Shown here piece after piece: positions 39,707 to 48,237 of a DNA stretch of 64,000 bases (positions are counted from its first letter, which is position 1; the number at the start of each line of letters is the position of its first letter). A model generated the notes under the pieces. That model was not told where the DNA came from. It ran no database searches and was given only the letters and a program-made list of their open reading frames with translations. Origin of the DNA: Actinomycetota bacterium (GTDB taxonomy: Bacteria; Actinomycetota; Coriobacteriia; Anaerosomatales; UBA912); assembly GCA_018334075.1 (NCBI GenBank), contig JAGXSC010000044.1, forward strand, positions 53-64,052, written 5' to 3'. The translations under genes were made by a program, and so were the position numbers.

Positions 39707-41217
39707 TGAGTGGTAGCTCAAAGGATCGATCTCCGAGAAACGGTCGTGAAAAAAGCCGGAAAACTATCTTCGAAATCGGCGATCCGGAAGGCACCTGTCA
39801 GCAAGTGCTCTCACCTGAGATCCCTGAAGATCTACTTGCAACGCTTCTGGGTGACACTGTTCGCTCTGAGCCAGCCGCGCTGCCTGCCGTCACTGAACTT
39901 GATCTCATGCGCCACTACACCGCTTTGGCCTCTATGAACTTTGGTGTTGATTCCGGAATGTACCCTCTCGGCAGTTGTACGATGAAGTACAACCCTCGAA
40001 TAAATGAAGATGCTTGTCGCCTGCCCGGGTTTGCTGGAGTGCATCCATATCAGCCAGCCAATACCGTGCAGGGCGTGCTTGAATTGATGTGGAACCTTCA
40101 ATGCGCATTGGCGGAGATATCCGGACTGCCCGCCGTCACACTTCAGCCTGCCGCAGGTGCACACGGCGAACACACTGCCTTAATGTGCATTCGAGCCTTT
40201 CATACCGACAACGGTGATCCTCGCAAGCGGGTGTTGATACCAGATACGGCGCACGGTACGAATCCGGCGACGGTCAGTATGTGTGGCTATGAAACAACCA
40301 CAATACCCAGCGATGCGGCTGGCGGGGTGGATATGTCGGCGCTATCCCGTGCACTCGATTACGATGTCGCCGCAGTGATGCTGACCAATCCCAACACACT
40401 GGGGCTTTTCGACACCAATATTGCTCGAATCACAGAGGCTGTACATGCTTTTGGCGCGTTGGCATATTGTGATGGCGCGAACCTGAATGCGATTATGGGC
40501 ATTTCGCGCCCGGGAGACATGGGCTTTGATGCCATGCATATCAACTTGCACAAGACCTTTTCAACTCCGCATGGCGGAGGCGGTCCCGGCGCTGGGCCTG
40601 TGTGCGTTAGTGATACGTTGGCGCCCTATCTGCCAGGTCCTGTTGTCGTAAACGATGAAGGTCATTTTCGGGGAGAGTCTCCTTCTCGCTCTATCGGCCG
40701 AGTAAGGTCTTTCTGGGGTAATGTCGGTGTTCTTGTCCGTGCCTACACCTATATTCGCGCACTTGGCGGCGATGGCTTACTCGAGGCCAGTCAGCAGGCC
40801 GTTCTTTCAGCGAACTATCTAAAAGAGCATCTGCGCTGCCTTTATGCGCTCCCTTACGACCGAACTTGCATGCACGAGTTTGTTTTATCGGCCAGTGAGC
40901 AGAAGCGGACCTCTGGTGTGCGGGCCCTGGACATAGCCAAGCGCCTTCTGGATTATGGCATCCATCCGCCTACAATCTACTTTCCTCTCCTGGTTGAGGA
41001 AGCTTTGATGATCGAGCCCACCGAGACGGAGTCACTGGCTTCTTTGGATGACTTCATCAGCGTCATGACCGATATCGCCGAGGAGTCCACTTCATCCCCT
41101 GAGACTCTAAAGTCGGCGCCGTATACCACATTTGTTCGTCGTGTCGATGAGGCTAGGGCGGCTCGCGAGCCTGACCTGCGCTGGAGCATGTGCGCCCAGA
41201 ATGAAAAGGATTCATGA
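39706..41217 (+). CDS. gcvPB: glycine dehydrogenase (decarboxylating) subunit 2
   Basis: The start ATG overlaps the gcvPA stop (TGATG). PLP-lysine region NLHKTFSTPHGGGGPG. Confidence 0.92.
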   Translation: MSGSSKDRSPRNGREKSRKTIFEIGDPEGTCQQVLSPEIPEDLLATLLGDTVRSEPAALPAVTELDLMRHYTALASMNFGVDSGMYPLGSCTMKYNPRINEDACRLPGFAGVHPYQPANTVQGVLELMWNLQCALAEISGLPAVTLQPAAGAHGEHTALMCIRAFHTDNGDPRKRVLIPDTAHGTNPATVSMCGYETTTIPSDAAGGVDMSALSRALDYDVAAVMLTNPNTLGLFDTNIARITEAVHAFGALAYCDGANLNAIMGISRPGDMGFDAMHINLHKTFSTPHGGGGPGAGPVCVSDTLAPYLPGPVVVNDEGHFRGESPSRSIGRVRSFWGNVGVLVRAYTYIRALGGDGLLEASQQAVLSANYLKEHLRCLYALPYDRTCMHEFVLSASEQKRTSGVRALDIAKRLLDYGIHPPTIYFPLLVEEALMIEPTETESLASLDDFISVMTDIAEESTSSPETLKSAPYTTFVRRVDEARAAREPDLRWSMCAQNEKDS

Positions 41218-42005
41218 GGCCCTATCAGTGGAGACTGATAGTCGACCAACCCTCTTGTGGTGCCTGGAATATGGCGGTCGACAGAGCTATCCAGTTGGAG
41301 CACGCTAAGTCGAGATCCCCGGCCACACTCAGGATTTATGCGTGGAGCACTCCCACACTCTCCCTCGGACGTTTCCAAAGAGCCGAAAACATTGATCTTC
41401 ATGCGTGCGCAAGTAGCGGCATCGATGTAGTGCGACGACCCACTGGCGGCAGGGCGGTTTTTCATTGCGATGAGGTTACCTATGCGGTGATAGCCGGAGT
41501 GCAAGACGGGATACCGTCAGGTATCAAGGAGTCATATGGCTACCTTGCAACCGCCCTCTCCGCGGCTTTTGTCAATATGGGTATCCCTATCGATCCAGTC
41601 GATCGAACTGATCTCACTCGGCCCAAGAGTAACTCTTTCGCCTGTTACCTGCAGCTTCAGTCGGCCGATCTATCTGTAGATTCTCGCAAACTTTGTGGCA
41701 GCGCGCAGGCCTGGTACGCCAAGACGGTGTTACAGCATGGATCATTCGTGCGAACTCGGGACTGTGTTCGTGAGGGGATCGCGCTCGGTCTTGGCAATGA
41801 AGAGATTGCCCGACTCGCCGCAGAGACCCTTTCCCTTGATCAGCTCTTAGGAGCCGCCCCTGATCCGGAGATGATTACCGATTCGATCGTCGGGGCATTT
41901 GGCGCAGTTTTGGGTGTGGAATTTACATATGGAGCACTGAGTGAAAGGGAAGAGACGCTCGCCGAGTCACTGATTGAAGAATTCAAGGTGCCAGGCCAGC
42001 CATAG
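41214..42005 (+). CDS. lipoate-protein ligase / octanoyltransferase family (BPL_LplA_LipB)
   Basis: RRPTGGRAVFH and KLCGSAQ motifs. ATGA overlap with gcvPB. Confidence 0.82.
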   Translation: MRPYQWRLIVDQPSCGAWNMAVDRAIQLEHAKSRSPATLRIYAWSTPTLSLGRFQRAENIDLHACASSGIDVVRRPTGGRAVFHCDEVTYAVIAGVQDGIPSGIKESYGYLATALSAAFVNMGIPIDPVDRTDLTRPKSNSFACYLQLQSADLSVDSRKLCGSAQAWYAKTVLQHGSFVRTRDCVREGIALGLGNEEIARLAAETLSLDQLLGAAPDPEMITDSIVGAFGAVLGVEFTYGALSEREETLAESLIEEFKVPGQP

Positions 42006-42030
42006 GTTGGGTATATGTTTACTGGAGGTT

Positions 42031-42060
42031 GAGACATTTGCCCTTCACAAGTGCTATAAT
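42031..42060 (+). promoter_or_regulatory. putative strong promoter: GAGACA-18 nt-TGcTATAAT (extended -10)
   Basis: GAGACA at 42031-36, TG at 42052-53, and TATAAT at 42055-60. About 55 nt upstream of the 42114 ORF. Confidence 0.45.
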
Positions 42061-42113
42061 ACTGTTAGTTACTGAGAAGTTTTCACTGGTTCGGCTCCCG
42101 GAGTGGAGGGTCT

Positions 42114-42428
42114 ATGAGTGCCCAAGAGGATAAATTTGACGATACTTTAGTCGACCTTGAGCACAAGACAAACGCTGAACTGCGCGAGATGATTGATGCA
42201 CTACATGAAGAAGAGAATGCCGTATCGTATCGCAGGCGTATCCTACACGGCAGGATCGACATCCTGAGAGCTGAGCTTGTAAGGCGATTGAAGAATCAGC
42301 GTGAAGCTGGTGCAGATTTGATCTCCGGTAAGGATATCGATCGTTTGATTAATATTCTCGCGAGCGATAGTCGTAACCTGTCCTTGCTTACCCCAGACGA
42401 TCCATTCGAAGACGCCCAGGATAAGTGA
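42114..42428 (+). CDS. coiled-coil protein, RsiG-like (candidate c-di-GMP-binding anti-sigma factor, single-motif type)
   Basis: 104 aa with a GGAGGG RBS. Residues 34-49 (ENAVSYRRRILHGRID) fit E-x3-S-x2-R-x3-(Q->H)-x3-D. Confidence 0.45.
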   Translation: MSAQEDKFDDTLVDLEHKTNAELREMIDALHEEENAVSYRRRILHGRIDILRAELVRRLKNQREAGADLISGKDIDRLINILASDSRNLSLLTPDDPFEDAQDK

Positions 42429-42456
42429 TTGGTGCGTCCGCCAGAAAGGAAACGCC

Positions 42457-42717
42457 GTGTCATCAATCACAAATAACGTACGTAAGTTTCTTGACGACCT
42501 CGCCACAGATGCCATTGAGGAGAGGGTAGTCGAGTATTTGATCCGCGAAGTTCAAAATGGCCGAAAGCTGACCGATGCACTGACAGATCCTTATGTTCGC
42601 AATCGATTGAGCGAGGATCGGCTCGCCAAGGTATTGGAAAACCCCGAGGTTATCGGTGCACTGGAGCAACAGATAGCGTCTTCGTTTCAGAAGCGGGAGT
42701 TCGGTTTTCCTGAGTAG
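42457..42717 (+). CDS. small acidic hypothetical protein
   Basis: 86-aa ORF. GTG start after AAAGGA. No motif recognised. Confidence 0.45.
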   Translation: MSSITNNVRKFLDDLATDAIEERVVEYLIREVQNGRKLTDALTDPYVRNRLSEDRLAKVLENPEVIGALEQQIASSFQKREFGFPE

Positions 42718-42744
42718 CCAACTTATCTGCGAAGCGAGTTGCCA

Positions 42745-43182
42745 ATGAGCAAATGTCCTGCATGTGGGGTTGAAGTTGATGCTACTTTAGAGAAGTGCGA
42801 AGGTTGCGGGGTCGCCCTCAGCGGAACTACGATGTCATTTGCTCCAGTCTCTCCAGACATGGCTTCTACTCGATTGGTGACCGAGAGTATCGGCCCGGCT
42901 CTTGTAGTGAGCAAAGGACCTGAGGTAGGGGAGCGCTTCAGGCTTGAGCAGGCTTCAACTGCAATTGGCCGCGACCCTGCGTCTGATATTTTTCTCAACG
43001 ATGTAACAGTTTCCAGGAACCATGCCCTAGTCCGGGTTTCTGGAAAAAAGGTGACAATATCAGACAATGGTTCGCTAAACGGCACCTACATAGATGGAGT
43101 GCTCGTCGACGAGGCAGTATTGGGAGACGGCGACATTATCCAGATCGGAAGATTCCAGATGGTATTTGTTGCCGGAGAATAA
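42745..43182 (+). CDS. FHA-domain protein (GarA/OdhI-like) with N-terminal zinc ribbon
   Basis: CPACG...CEGCG zinc ribbon. FHA core GRDPASDIFLNDVTVSRNHALV...DNGSLNGTYIDG. TT motif in SGTTMSF. Confidence 0.85.
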   Translation: MSKCPACGVEVDATLEKCEGCGVALSGTTMSFAPVSPDMASTRLVTESIGPALVVSKGPEVGERFRLEQASTAIGRDPASDIFLNDVTVSRNHALVRVSGKKVTISDNGSLNGTYIDGVLVDEAVLGDGDIIQIGRFQMVFVAGE

Positions 43183-43196
43183 AGGGGTGAACCCTG

Positions 43197-43898
43197 TTGA
43201 GCAGAGATTACATGACCATTGGCCAGGTGGTCGCGCGTTTGCGACAGGTTAGCCCGGACATCTCGATTTCCAAGATTCGTTTTTTGGAAGAAGAGGGACT
43301 TGTCGCTCCCGAGCGAACCGCAGGTGGGTACAGAAAGTTTTCCTCGGCGGATCTTGCCAGAATTGAGCTTATTCTTCGCATGCAAAAGGAGCTGTTCTTG
43401 CCCCTTTCGGTCATTCGGGAAAAGCTCGTAGATTATGACAGCGGCAAGATGCCTGCAGAAATACGCCAACTTATGGGTGCTACTGAGCCTGCCGCATTAC
43501 CCTTGGACGAAGCCGAGAGGGTGTCTCTTGAGGATGTCCCTTCAACAATGGGAGTCCCGATATCTTTTGTGAATGAATTGGCCAGTTTTGGGCTTATCGA
43601 ATTGCATGCCGAGGAGAAAGGCCCTCAGCTCACGCGAAGTGATGTCGATATCGTGCGTACTTGTTGGGACATGCGGCGCTTTGGCGTGGAGCCCAGGCAC
43701 CTGCGAATGTATGAGACTTTTGCAGAACGAGAGACTGCGTTTTTCTCGCAAATATTGATGCCTGCTTTTCGCCATAGAACGCCAGAAACTCGTCAGAAGC
43801 TGGTCGAAACTCTATCCGAACTTACTGCTTTGTCGGAGCGTTTGACCTCTGGCCTAGTTCGGCGATCTTTGGGCCGTGTATTTGAGGACGTGGTGTGA
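43197..43898 (+). CDS. MerR-family transcriptional regulator (FtsR/Rv1828-like)
   Basis: N-terminal MerR HTH (MTIGQVVARLRQVSPDISISKIRFLEEEGLVAPERTAGGYRKFS). AAGGGG RBS before TTG 43197; ATG 43212 is an alternative start. Confidence 0.85.
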   Translation: MSRDYMTIGQVVARLRQVSPDISISKIRFLEEEGLVAPERTAGGYRKFSSADLARIELILRMQKELFLPLSVIREKLVDYDSGKMPAEIRQLMGATEPAALPLDEAERVSLEDVPSTMGVPISFVNELASFGLIELHAEEKGPQLTRSDVDIVRTCWDMRRFGVEPRHLRMYETFAERETAFFSQILMPAFRHRTPETRQKLVETLSELTALSERLTSGLVRRSLGRVFEDVV

Positions 43899-44326
43899 GC
43901 TTCACTATGACCCAGCCCATCTCTCAATCTGCTGATAACGAGCCAGGCCGCAGCATCGAGCAGATTAAGTTTGCGCACCCTAGCGAGCGAATTGCCGCCG
44001 AGATATTGGAGTTCTATCAGATACGCTGGGAGTATGAGCCAACTGTGTTTCCGCTCGAATGGGATGGTAATGGCAACGTGGTAGCCTCCTTTAGTCCAGA
44101 TTTTTACCTGCCCGACCTGGACTTGTATATTGAGCTGACAACCATGAGCCAAAAGCTGGTCACTAAGAAGAATCGCAAGGTGCGTCGCGTCCGCGAGCTT
44201 TACCCTGATATCAACATAAAAATATTTTATCAACGTGATTTTCGAAATTTATTGATGAAGTACGGCATTACCCCTGAGCATATCGGGGGCGGGGAGTTCA
44301 TCGAAGCCGAGAATGGACGCGGATAG
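43895..44326 (+). CDS. hypothetical protein, possible PD-(D/E)xK-fold (nuclease-like)
   Basis: GTGA overlap with the merR stop. SERIAAEILE...SPDFYLPDLDLYIELTT resembles an E...PD...(D/E)xK core, but the canonical Lys is not in place. Confidence 0.4.
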   Translation: MSFTMTQPISQSADNEPGRSIEQIKFAHPSERIAAEILEFYQIRWEYEPTVFPLEWDGNGNVVASFSPDFYLPDLDLYIELTTMSQKLVTKKNRKVRRVRELYPDINIKIFYQRDFRNLLMKYGITPEHIGGGEFIEAENGRG

Positions 44327-44884
44327 GTGATTGATCGGTACGCGAGTATTGAGTCGCGCAAGCCAGTTGTACCGATTTATTCGGCGGAGAAGATTGCTCT
44401 GCGAATAGATGCTTTAGGTGCGCAAATCGCGCAAGATTATCAGGGACTTGATTTACGCATGGTTACTGTCCTGAAAGGGGGCATGTTTTTTCTCTCCGAC
44501 CTATGCCGAGCGGCTGATCTACCCCTTCGTATCGATTTTATGGCTGTTTCTTCTTACGGCGCAGGCTCACCTGGTGTTGTCCGGATTACAAAAGACCTGG
44601 ATGATTCGATTGAAAACGCCCATGTGCTGGTTGTCGAAGACATAGTGGACACAGGGCTTACCCTGAGCTACGTCTTGAAGATGCTGCGAGCAAGAAATCC
44701 ATCGTCGTTGAAGGTGTGCACACTTTTCGATAAGGACGTTCGCAGAATCGTTGAGCCAGTGATTACGTATAGCGGATTTAGAGTTTCTGACAAATTTTTG
44801 GTTGGATATGGCCTTGATTTTATGGGGAAATACCGCAATCTTCCGGACGTCTTCTCTCTCGAAGATTTGCGGACAGATAACTAA
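44327..44884 (+). CDS. hpt: hypoxanthine phosphoribosyltransferase
   Basis: PRPP motif VLVVEDIVDTGLTLSY. 185 aa. Confidence 0.92.
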   Translation: MIDRYASIESRKPVVPIYSAEKIALRIDALGAQIAQDYQGLDLRMVTVLKGGMFFLSDLCRAADLPLRIDFMAVSSYGAGSPGVVRITKDLDDSIENAHVLVVEDIVDTGLTLSYVLKMLRARNPSSLKVCTLFDKDVRRIVEPVITYSGFRVSDKFLVGYGLDFMGKYRNLPDVFSLEDLRTDN

Positions 44885-44911
44885 TGGTTCGTCTTCAAGG
44901 AGGATGCTACA

Positions 44912-45427
44912 GTGCAGTTGAATGACCTTATCCGGGATATAGCAGATTTTCCTGAAAAGGGGATTGTCTTCAAAGACATCACGCCTCTGTTGGCCAGCCC
45001 CGAAGGATTTCGGCAGGCGATAGATACCCTGGCTGATGAGTACATGGAGGCAGGAATCACAAAAGTTCTCGGCGCCGAAGCAAGGGGATTTATATTTGGA
45101 GGAGCACTTGCCTACAAGCTAGAGGCTGGATTTGTTCCTGCTCGCAAACCCGGCAAGTTGCCTTGGCATACAACCTCACACGAGTATGAGCTTGAGTACG
45201 GCAACGATGCGATCGAGGTACACACAGACGCTATTGGACCTGATGATATTGTGCTTATAATCGATGACGTGCTGGCGACTGGCGGTACGGCAGCTGCAAA
45301 GGCCTCGCTCGTGAGCTCGATGGGGGCCAGGGTCGCAGGATTTGCTTTCCTCATTGAGCTGGATTTTCTGAAAGGGAGAGAAAAACTCGGCGAATCCAGA
45401 ATTCTGTCACTGATACATGTGGGCTAG
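44912..45427 (+). CDS. apt: adenine phosphoribosyltransferase
   Basis: FPEKGIVFKDITPLL and VLIIDDVLATGGTAAA motifs. Confidence 0.93.
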   Translation: MQLNDLIRDIADFPEKGIVFKDITPLLASPEGFRQAIDTLADEYMEAGITKVLGAEARGFIFGGALAYKLEAGFVPARKPGKLPWHTTSHEYELEYGNDAIEVHTDAIGPDDIVLIIDDVLATGGTAAAKASLVSSMGARVAGFAFLIELDFLKGREKLGESRILSLIHVG

Positions 45428-45513
45428 GCATCGAGTATAGTAAGCGCCACAATGCTGTAGAGTAGCCTGCATGGAGTGTATGGAGCTGTAGTCAATGTAG
45501 GGGGCGAGTAAAG

Positions 45514-45933
45514 ATGTCGACTGTGCGCCAAATATCAATATCGATCAAGCGTGGAACAGGGCAGATCAGTGAAGTTACCGACATGCTTGGTGATGCCGGT
45601 GTAAATATTCGTGGGTTCTCTGTATGTGACTCCAAAGATACCTGTGTTTTGCATTTGATTGTGGACTCTCCAGGCGCCGCGAGAAATGTCCTTGAGAGTA
45701 ACAACGTTCTTTTTAGCGAAAAAGATGTTATTTGTCTTGCGCTAAACGATAGGCCGGGATCTTTGGCTGCCGCGCTGACGACTGTCGCAAACGCTGGGGT
45801 GCGGTTTGACTGTGTTTATTCACTGATATTGCCCTATGCTGTGCTCGATGTGGAAGATTCTTCAAAAGCATTGGAGATGTTGGAGAATCAGCCTATTCAT
45901 ATCGTGAATCAACAGGAGATCGCAAGTATCTGA
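45514..45933 (+). CDS. ACT domain-containing protein (tandem ACT)
   Basis: 139 aa with two ACT-like repeats (GQISEVTDMLGDAGVNIRGF; RPGSLAAALTTVANAGVRF). Confidence 0.7.
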   Translation: MSTVRQISISIKRGTGQISEVTDMLGDAGVNIRGFSVCDSKDTCVLHLIVDSPGAARNVLESNNVLFSEKDVICLALNDRPGSLAAALTTVANAGVRFDCVYSLILPYAVLDVEDSSKALEMLENQPIHIVNQQEIASI

Positions 45934-45944
45934 AAGTTGGTGAC

Positions 45945-46496
45945 ATGCTCGATAGTACCTTGTTGCAGATACTTGTAGGCTTAGTCGCGCTTACGGTACT
46001 GTTATCCCTTGCTTACCTCGGCTGGGCAATGACTTATCGCTGGATAGTCAGGTCAGCTCTTCTGTCTTTGGTTGGCTACTATGAGCAAGTATCCGCCGCC
46101 CGGCATTCATTTCTGAGTGTCATAAGGCATTTAATCGCCGATTCGGATGACGCATTGATTTTTTTTGCGACTAATGCGGAAAGCGATGATCGAAAAGCGC
46201 TAATGGAAATTGCCGAGCGCATGCTGATCACTAGGGATGAACTGGACATTCGCCGACTCCCATTCAAGCTGGAGGCCGCTGCAGTCGAAATCGCAGATAC
46301 CGCACACCTGCTGGCTTCTACGGCCGGAAGTTTGAGTGATGGAGGTCAAGCGGGTGAAATTTTAGACAGGATAGGGGGAATAAATCTCAAGGAGGTGGAT
46401 TCACAGCATAAACTCGCAGGAAGAGTTCTTGATGAGTTATGTATCGAATATAAGATTCGCGATACTGCCGTTTACGGCGGGGGACTTTATATATGA
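45945..46496 (+). CDS. membrane-anchored hypothetical protein
   Basis: N-terminal TM helix (LLQILVGLVALTVLLSLAYLGW). No recognised motif. Confidence 0.5.
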   Translation: MLDSTLLQILVGLVALTVLLSLAYLGWAMTYRWIVRSALLSLVGYYEQVSAARHSFLSVIRHLIADSDDALIFFATNAESDDRKALMEIAERMLITRDELDIRRLPFKLEAAAVEIADTAHLLASTAGSLSDGGQAGEILDRIGGINLKEVDSQHKLAGRVLDELCIEYKIRDTAVYGGGLYI

Positions 46497-46903
46497 GCGT
46501 CAATGAAGTTATCAAAAACAGCAAAAAGTGGAAGACACTCTTTGGGGTGGGCGTACTTCTTGTTTTGCTGCTGGTTGTAATGGGCTGGTGGGCTGATTTT
46601 CGCGGATCACCAACTCGCCCGGATGACACACGGGCCGGCTCGCCCACCAGTGAGATCACGACGCCAGCAGGGGAGGCGAGCTCTGGAGATCAAGCTGAAG
46701 GCCGCCCACAGCTAGTCACCGTAATAATTGAGGGATTGAACTTCAGGACAGCCCCTTCCAGTGCAAGCCAGAGGATTGGCCGACTGTCTGCAGGCACAGA
46801 GTTGACGTATTTAGGCACCGAGAACGGATGGTACCGTGTTAGAGACTCGGAAGGCCGCGAAGGGTATGTTTCAGCCAACGAAGAGTACACCAAAATCCAG
46901 TAG
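46493..46903 (+). CDS. membrane-anchored SH3b (SH3_3) domain protein
   Basis: ATGA overlap with the previous ORF. TM helix, low-complexity linker, and an SH3b-like GLNFRTAPSSASQRIGRLSAGTELTYLGTENGWYRVRDSEGREGYV. Confidence 0.65.
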   Translation: MSVNEVIKNSKKWKTLFGVGVLLVLLLVVMGWWADFRGSPTRPDDTRAGSPTSEITTPAGEASSGDQAEGRPQLVTVIIEGLNFRTAPSSASQRIGRLSAGTELTYLGTENGWYRVRDSEGREGYVSANEEYTKIQ

Positions 46904-46911
46904 GGAGAACG

Positions 46912-47223
46912 TTGAGCAGCAAGAAGATAATTGGGCCAGCCTCAGAGTTTTTCAGGCTTCGCGTAACGAGGGTTGATGAGCCAGAGGAAACGACGTTGGA
47001 CTGGCGGGACGACATACTGTATCGCACTCCTCCACAGGATATCGCCTCAATTGATTTGGCGTATCTGGTCGAGGCGGTAGATATCAGGGAAGACGGCATC
47101 GCTCACTGTATCGCTCGCTTTGACTCCGGCGCAGAAGCAAACGATGCGCTTATCGGCATACAAGAGGATCTTGAAGATATGACTCTATCGACCTTTGTTG
47201 AGCGCTATAAGATTGGTCAATAA
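46912..47223 (+). CDS. hypothetical acidic protein
   Basis: 103-aa ORF. TTG start 8 nt after the previous stop, preceded by GGGAGAA. Confidence 0.4.
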   Translation: MSSKKIIGPASEFFRLRVTRVDEPEETTLDWRDDILYRTPPQDIASIDLAYLVEAVDIREDGIAHCIARFDSGAEANDALIGIQEDLEDMTLSTFVERYKIGQ

Positions 47224-47341
47224 GCACAACCGCCGAGTTGGCTAGGCTCCTCAGAGCTTACATTACATAAGATACATTATCCACGATTAGCAATATGTGC
47301 GAGCCATGGGCTGCAGGATCATTTCTTAAGTGCGCAAACAA

Positions 47342-47845
47342 TCAATCATCGTCGCTATCAGGTATCCATACGGGGCCTATATATATCCGCTGTGTGTCGC
47401 CATGAGGTGGCAAAGACTTTAGTAGATGCTCTGCCACTGGCGGTCTGAGATCAAGCCTGGTCAGTTCAGCGGTTGTGATCAGTTCGATCGCTTCAACTCT
47501 TTTGTCGCGACTGTTCATGGTGGCTGGCCTTTTGGAGACCTTGGCCTCAAAGACCACATTGACTACGTGTCGATTTCCATTGGGATCGATGGTGTCGCTT
47601 ACGAGCAGTACTCGTTCCACCTGAATCTGGAGGCCGGTTTCCTCGGCCACTTCACGAATTAGTGCTTGCTCGAGGGTCTCCCCCCACTCAACCCCCCCGC
47701 CGGGCAGTAAGTAGTAGCGCGAGTTTTTTCGCCGGTGCCGGACCACTACGATCCGACCATCAAGGAAGATGAGTGCAGCAACTCGTATCCGTGGGATTCT
47801 ACTGATCTGAGCTGCCAAAGCCTTTACCTCCGCGCTCGGTGTCAT
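47342..47845 (-). CDS. NUDIX hydrolase
   Basis: Nudix box GGGVEWGETLEQALIREVAEETGL. The start is uncertain: ATG 47845 overlaps dut by 47 nt, and TTG 47818 is an alternative. Confidence 0.85.
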   Translation of the reverse strand: MTPSAEVKALAAQISRIPRIRVAALIFLDGRIVVVRHRRKNSRYYLLPGGGVEWGETLEQALIREVAEETGLQIQVERVLLVSDTIDPNGNRHVVNVVFEAKVSKRPATMNSRDKRVEAIELITTAELTRLDLRPPVAEHLLKSLPPHGDTQRIYIGPVWIPDSDDD

Positions 47846-48230
47846 CTAGCTCATCGACATCTATGAGCTCTGCATAAGTTACCTTTTGAATCACAAGTTG
47901 GGCAATCTTATCTCCCTTGATGATTTCAATAGGATTTATGCGATCCGTATTGACTGCGATGACCTTGATTTCTCCGCGATAGTGGGAGTCGATGAGACCC
48001 GGCGTATTCACGATACCGAGCCCTTTTTTTAGCGCCAGACCGCTACGGGGTTGCACAAAACCGGCGTAACCAACAGGAATGGCCATTGCGATTCCTGTGG
48101 ATATGAGCTTTCGCTCACCGGGATGAATGGTTACACACTCTGAAGAGTATAGATCTAATCCTGCATCTCCTGGATGCGCATATCCCGGTAACGGCAAATC
48201 AGGGTCGAGTCGCTTGATCTTTATATGCAT
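47799..48230 (-). CDS. dut: dUTP diphosphatase
   Basis: Motifs AGLDL, RSGLALK and GLIDSHYRGEI. 143 aa. Confidence 0.93.
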   Translation of the reverse strand: MHIKIKRLDPDLPLPGYAHPGDAGLDLYSSECVTIHPGERKLISTGIAMAIPVGYAGFVQPRSGLALKKGLGIVNTPGLIDSHYRGEIKVIAVNTDRINPIEIIKGDKIAQLVIQKVTYAELIDVDELDDTERGGKGFGSSDQ

Positions 48231-48237
48231 GGTCTAC

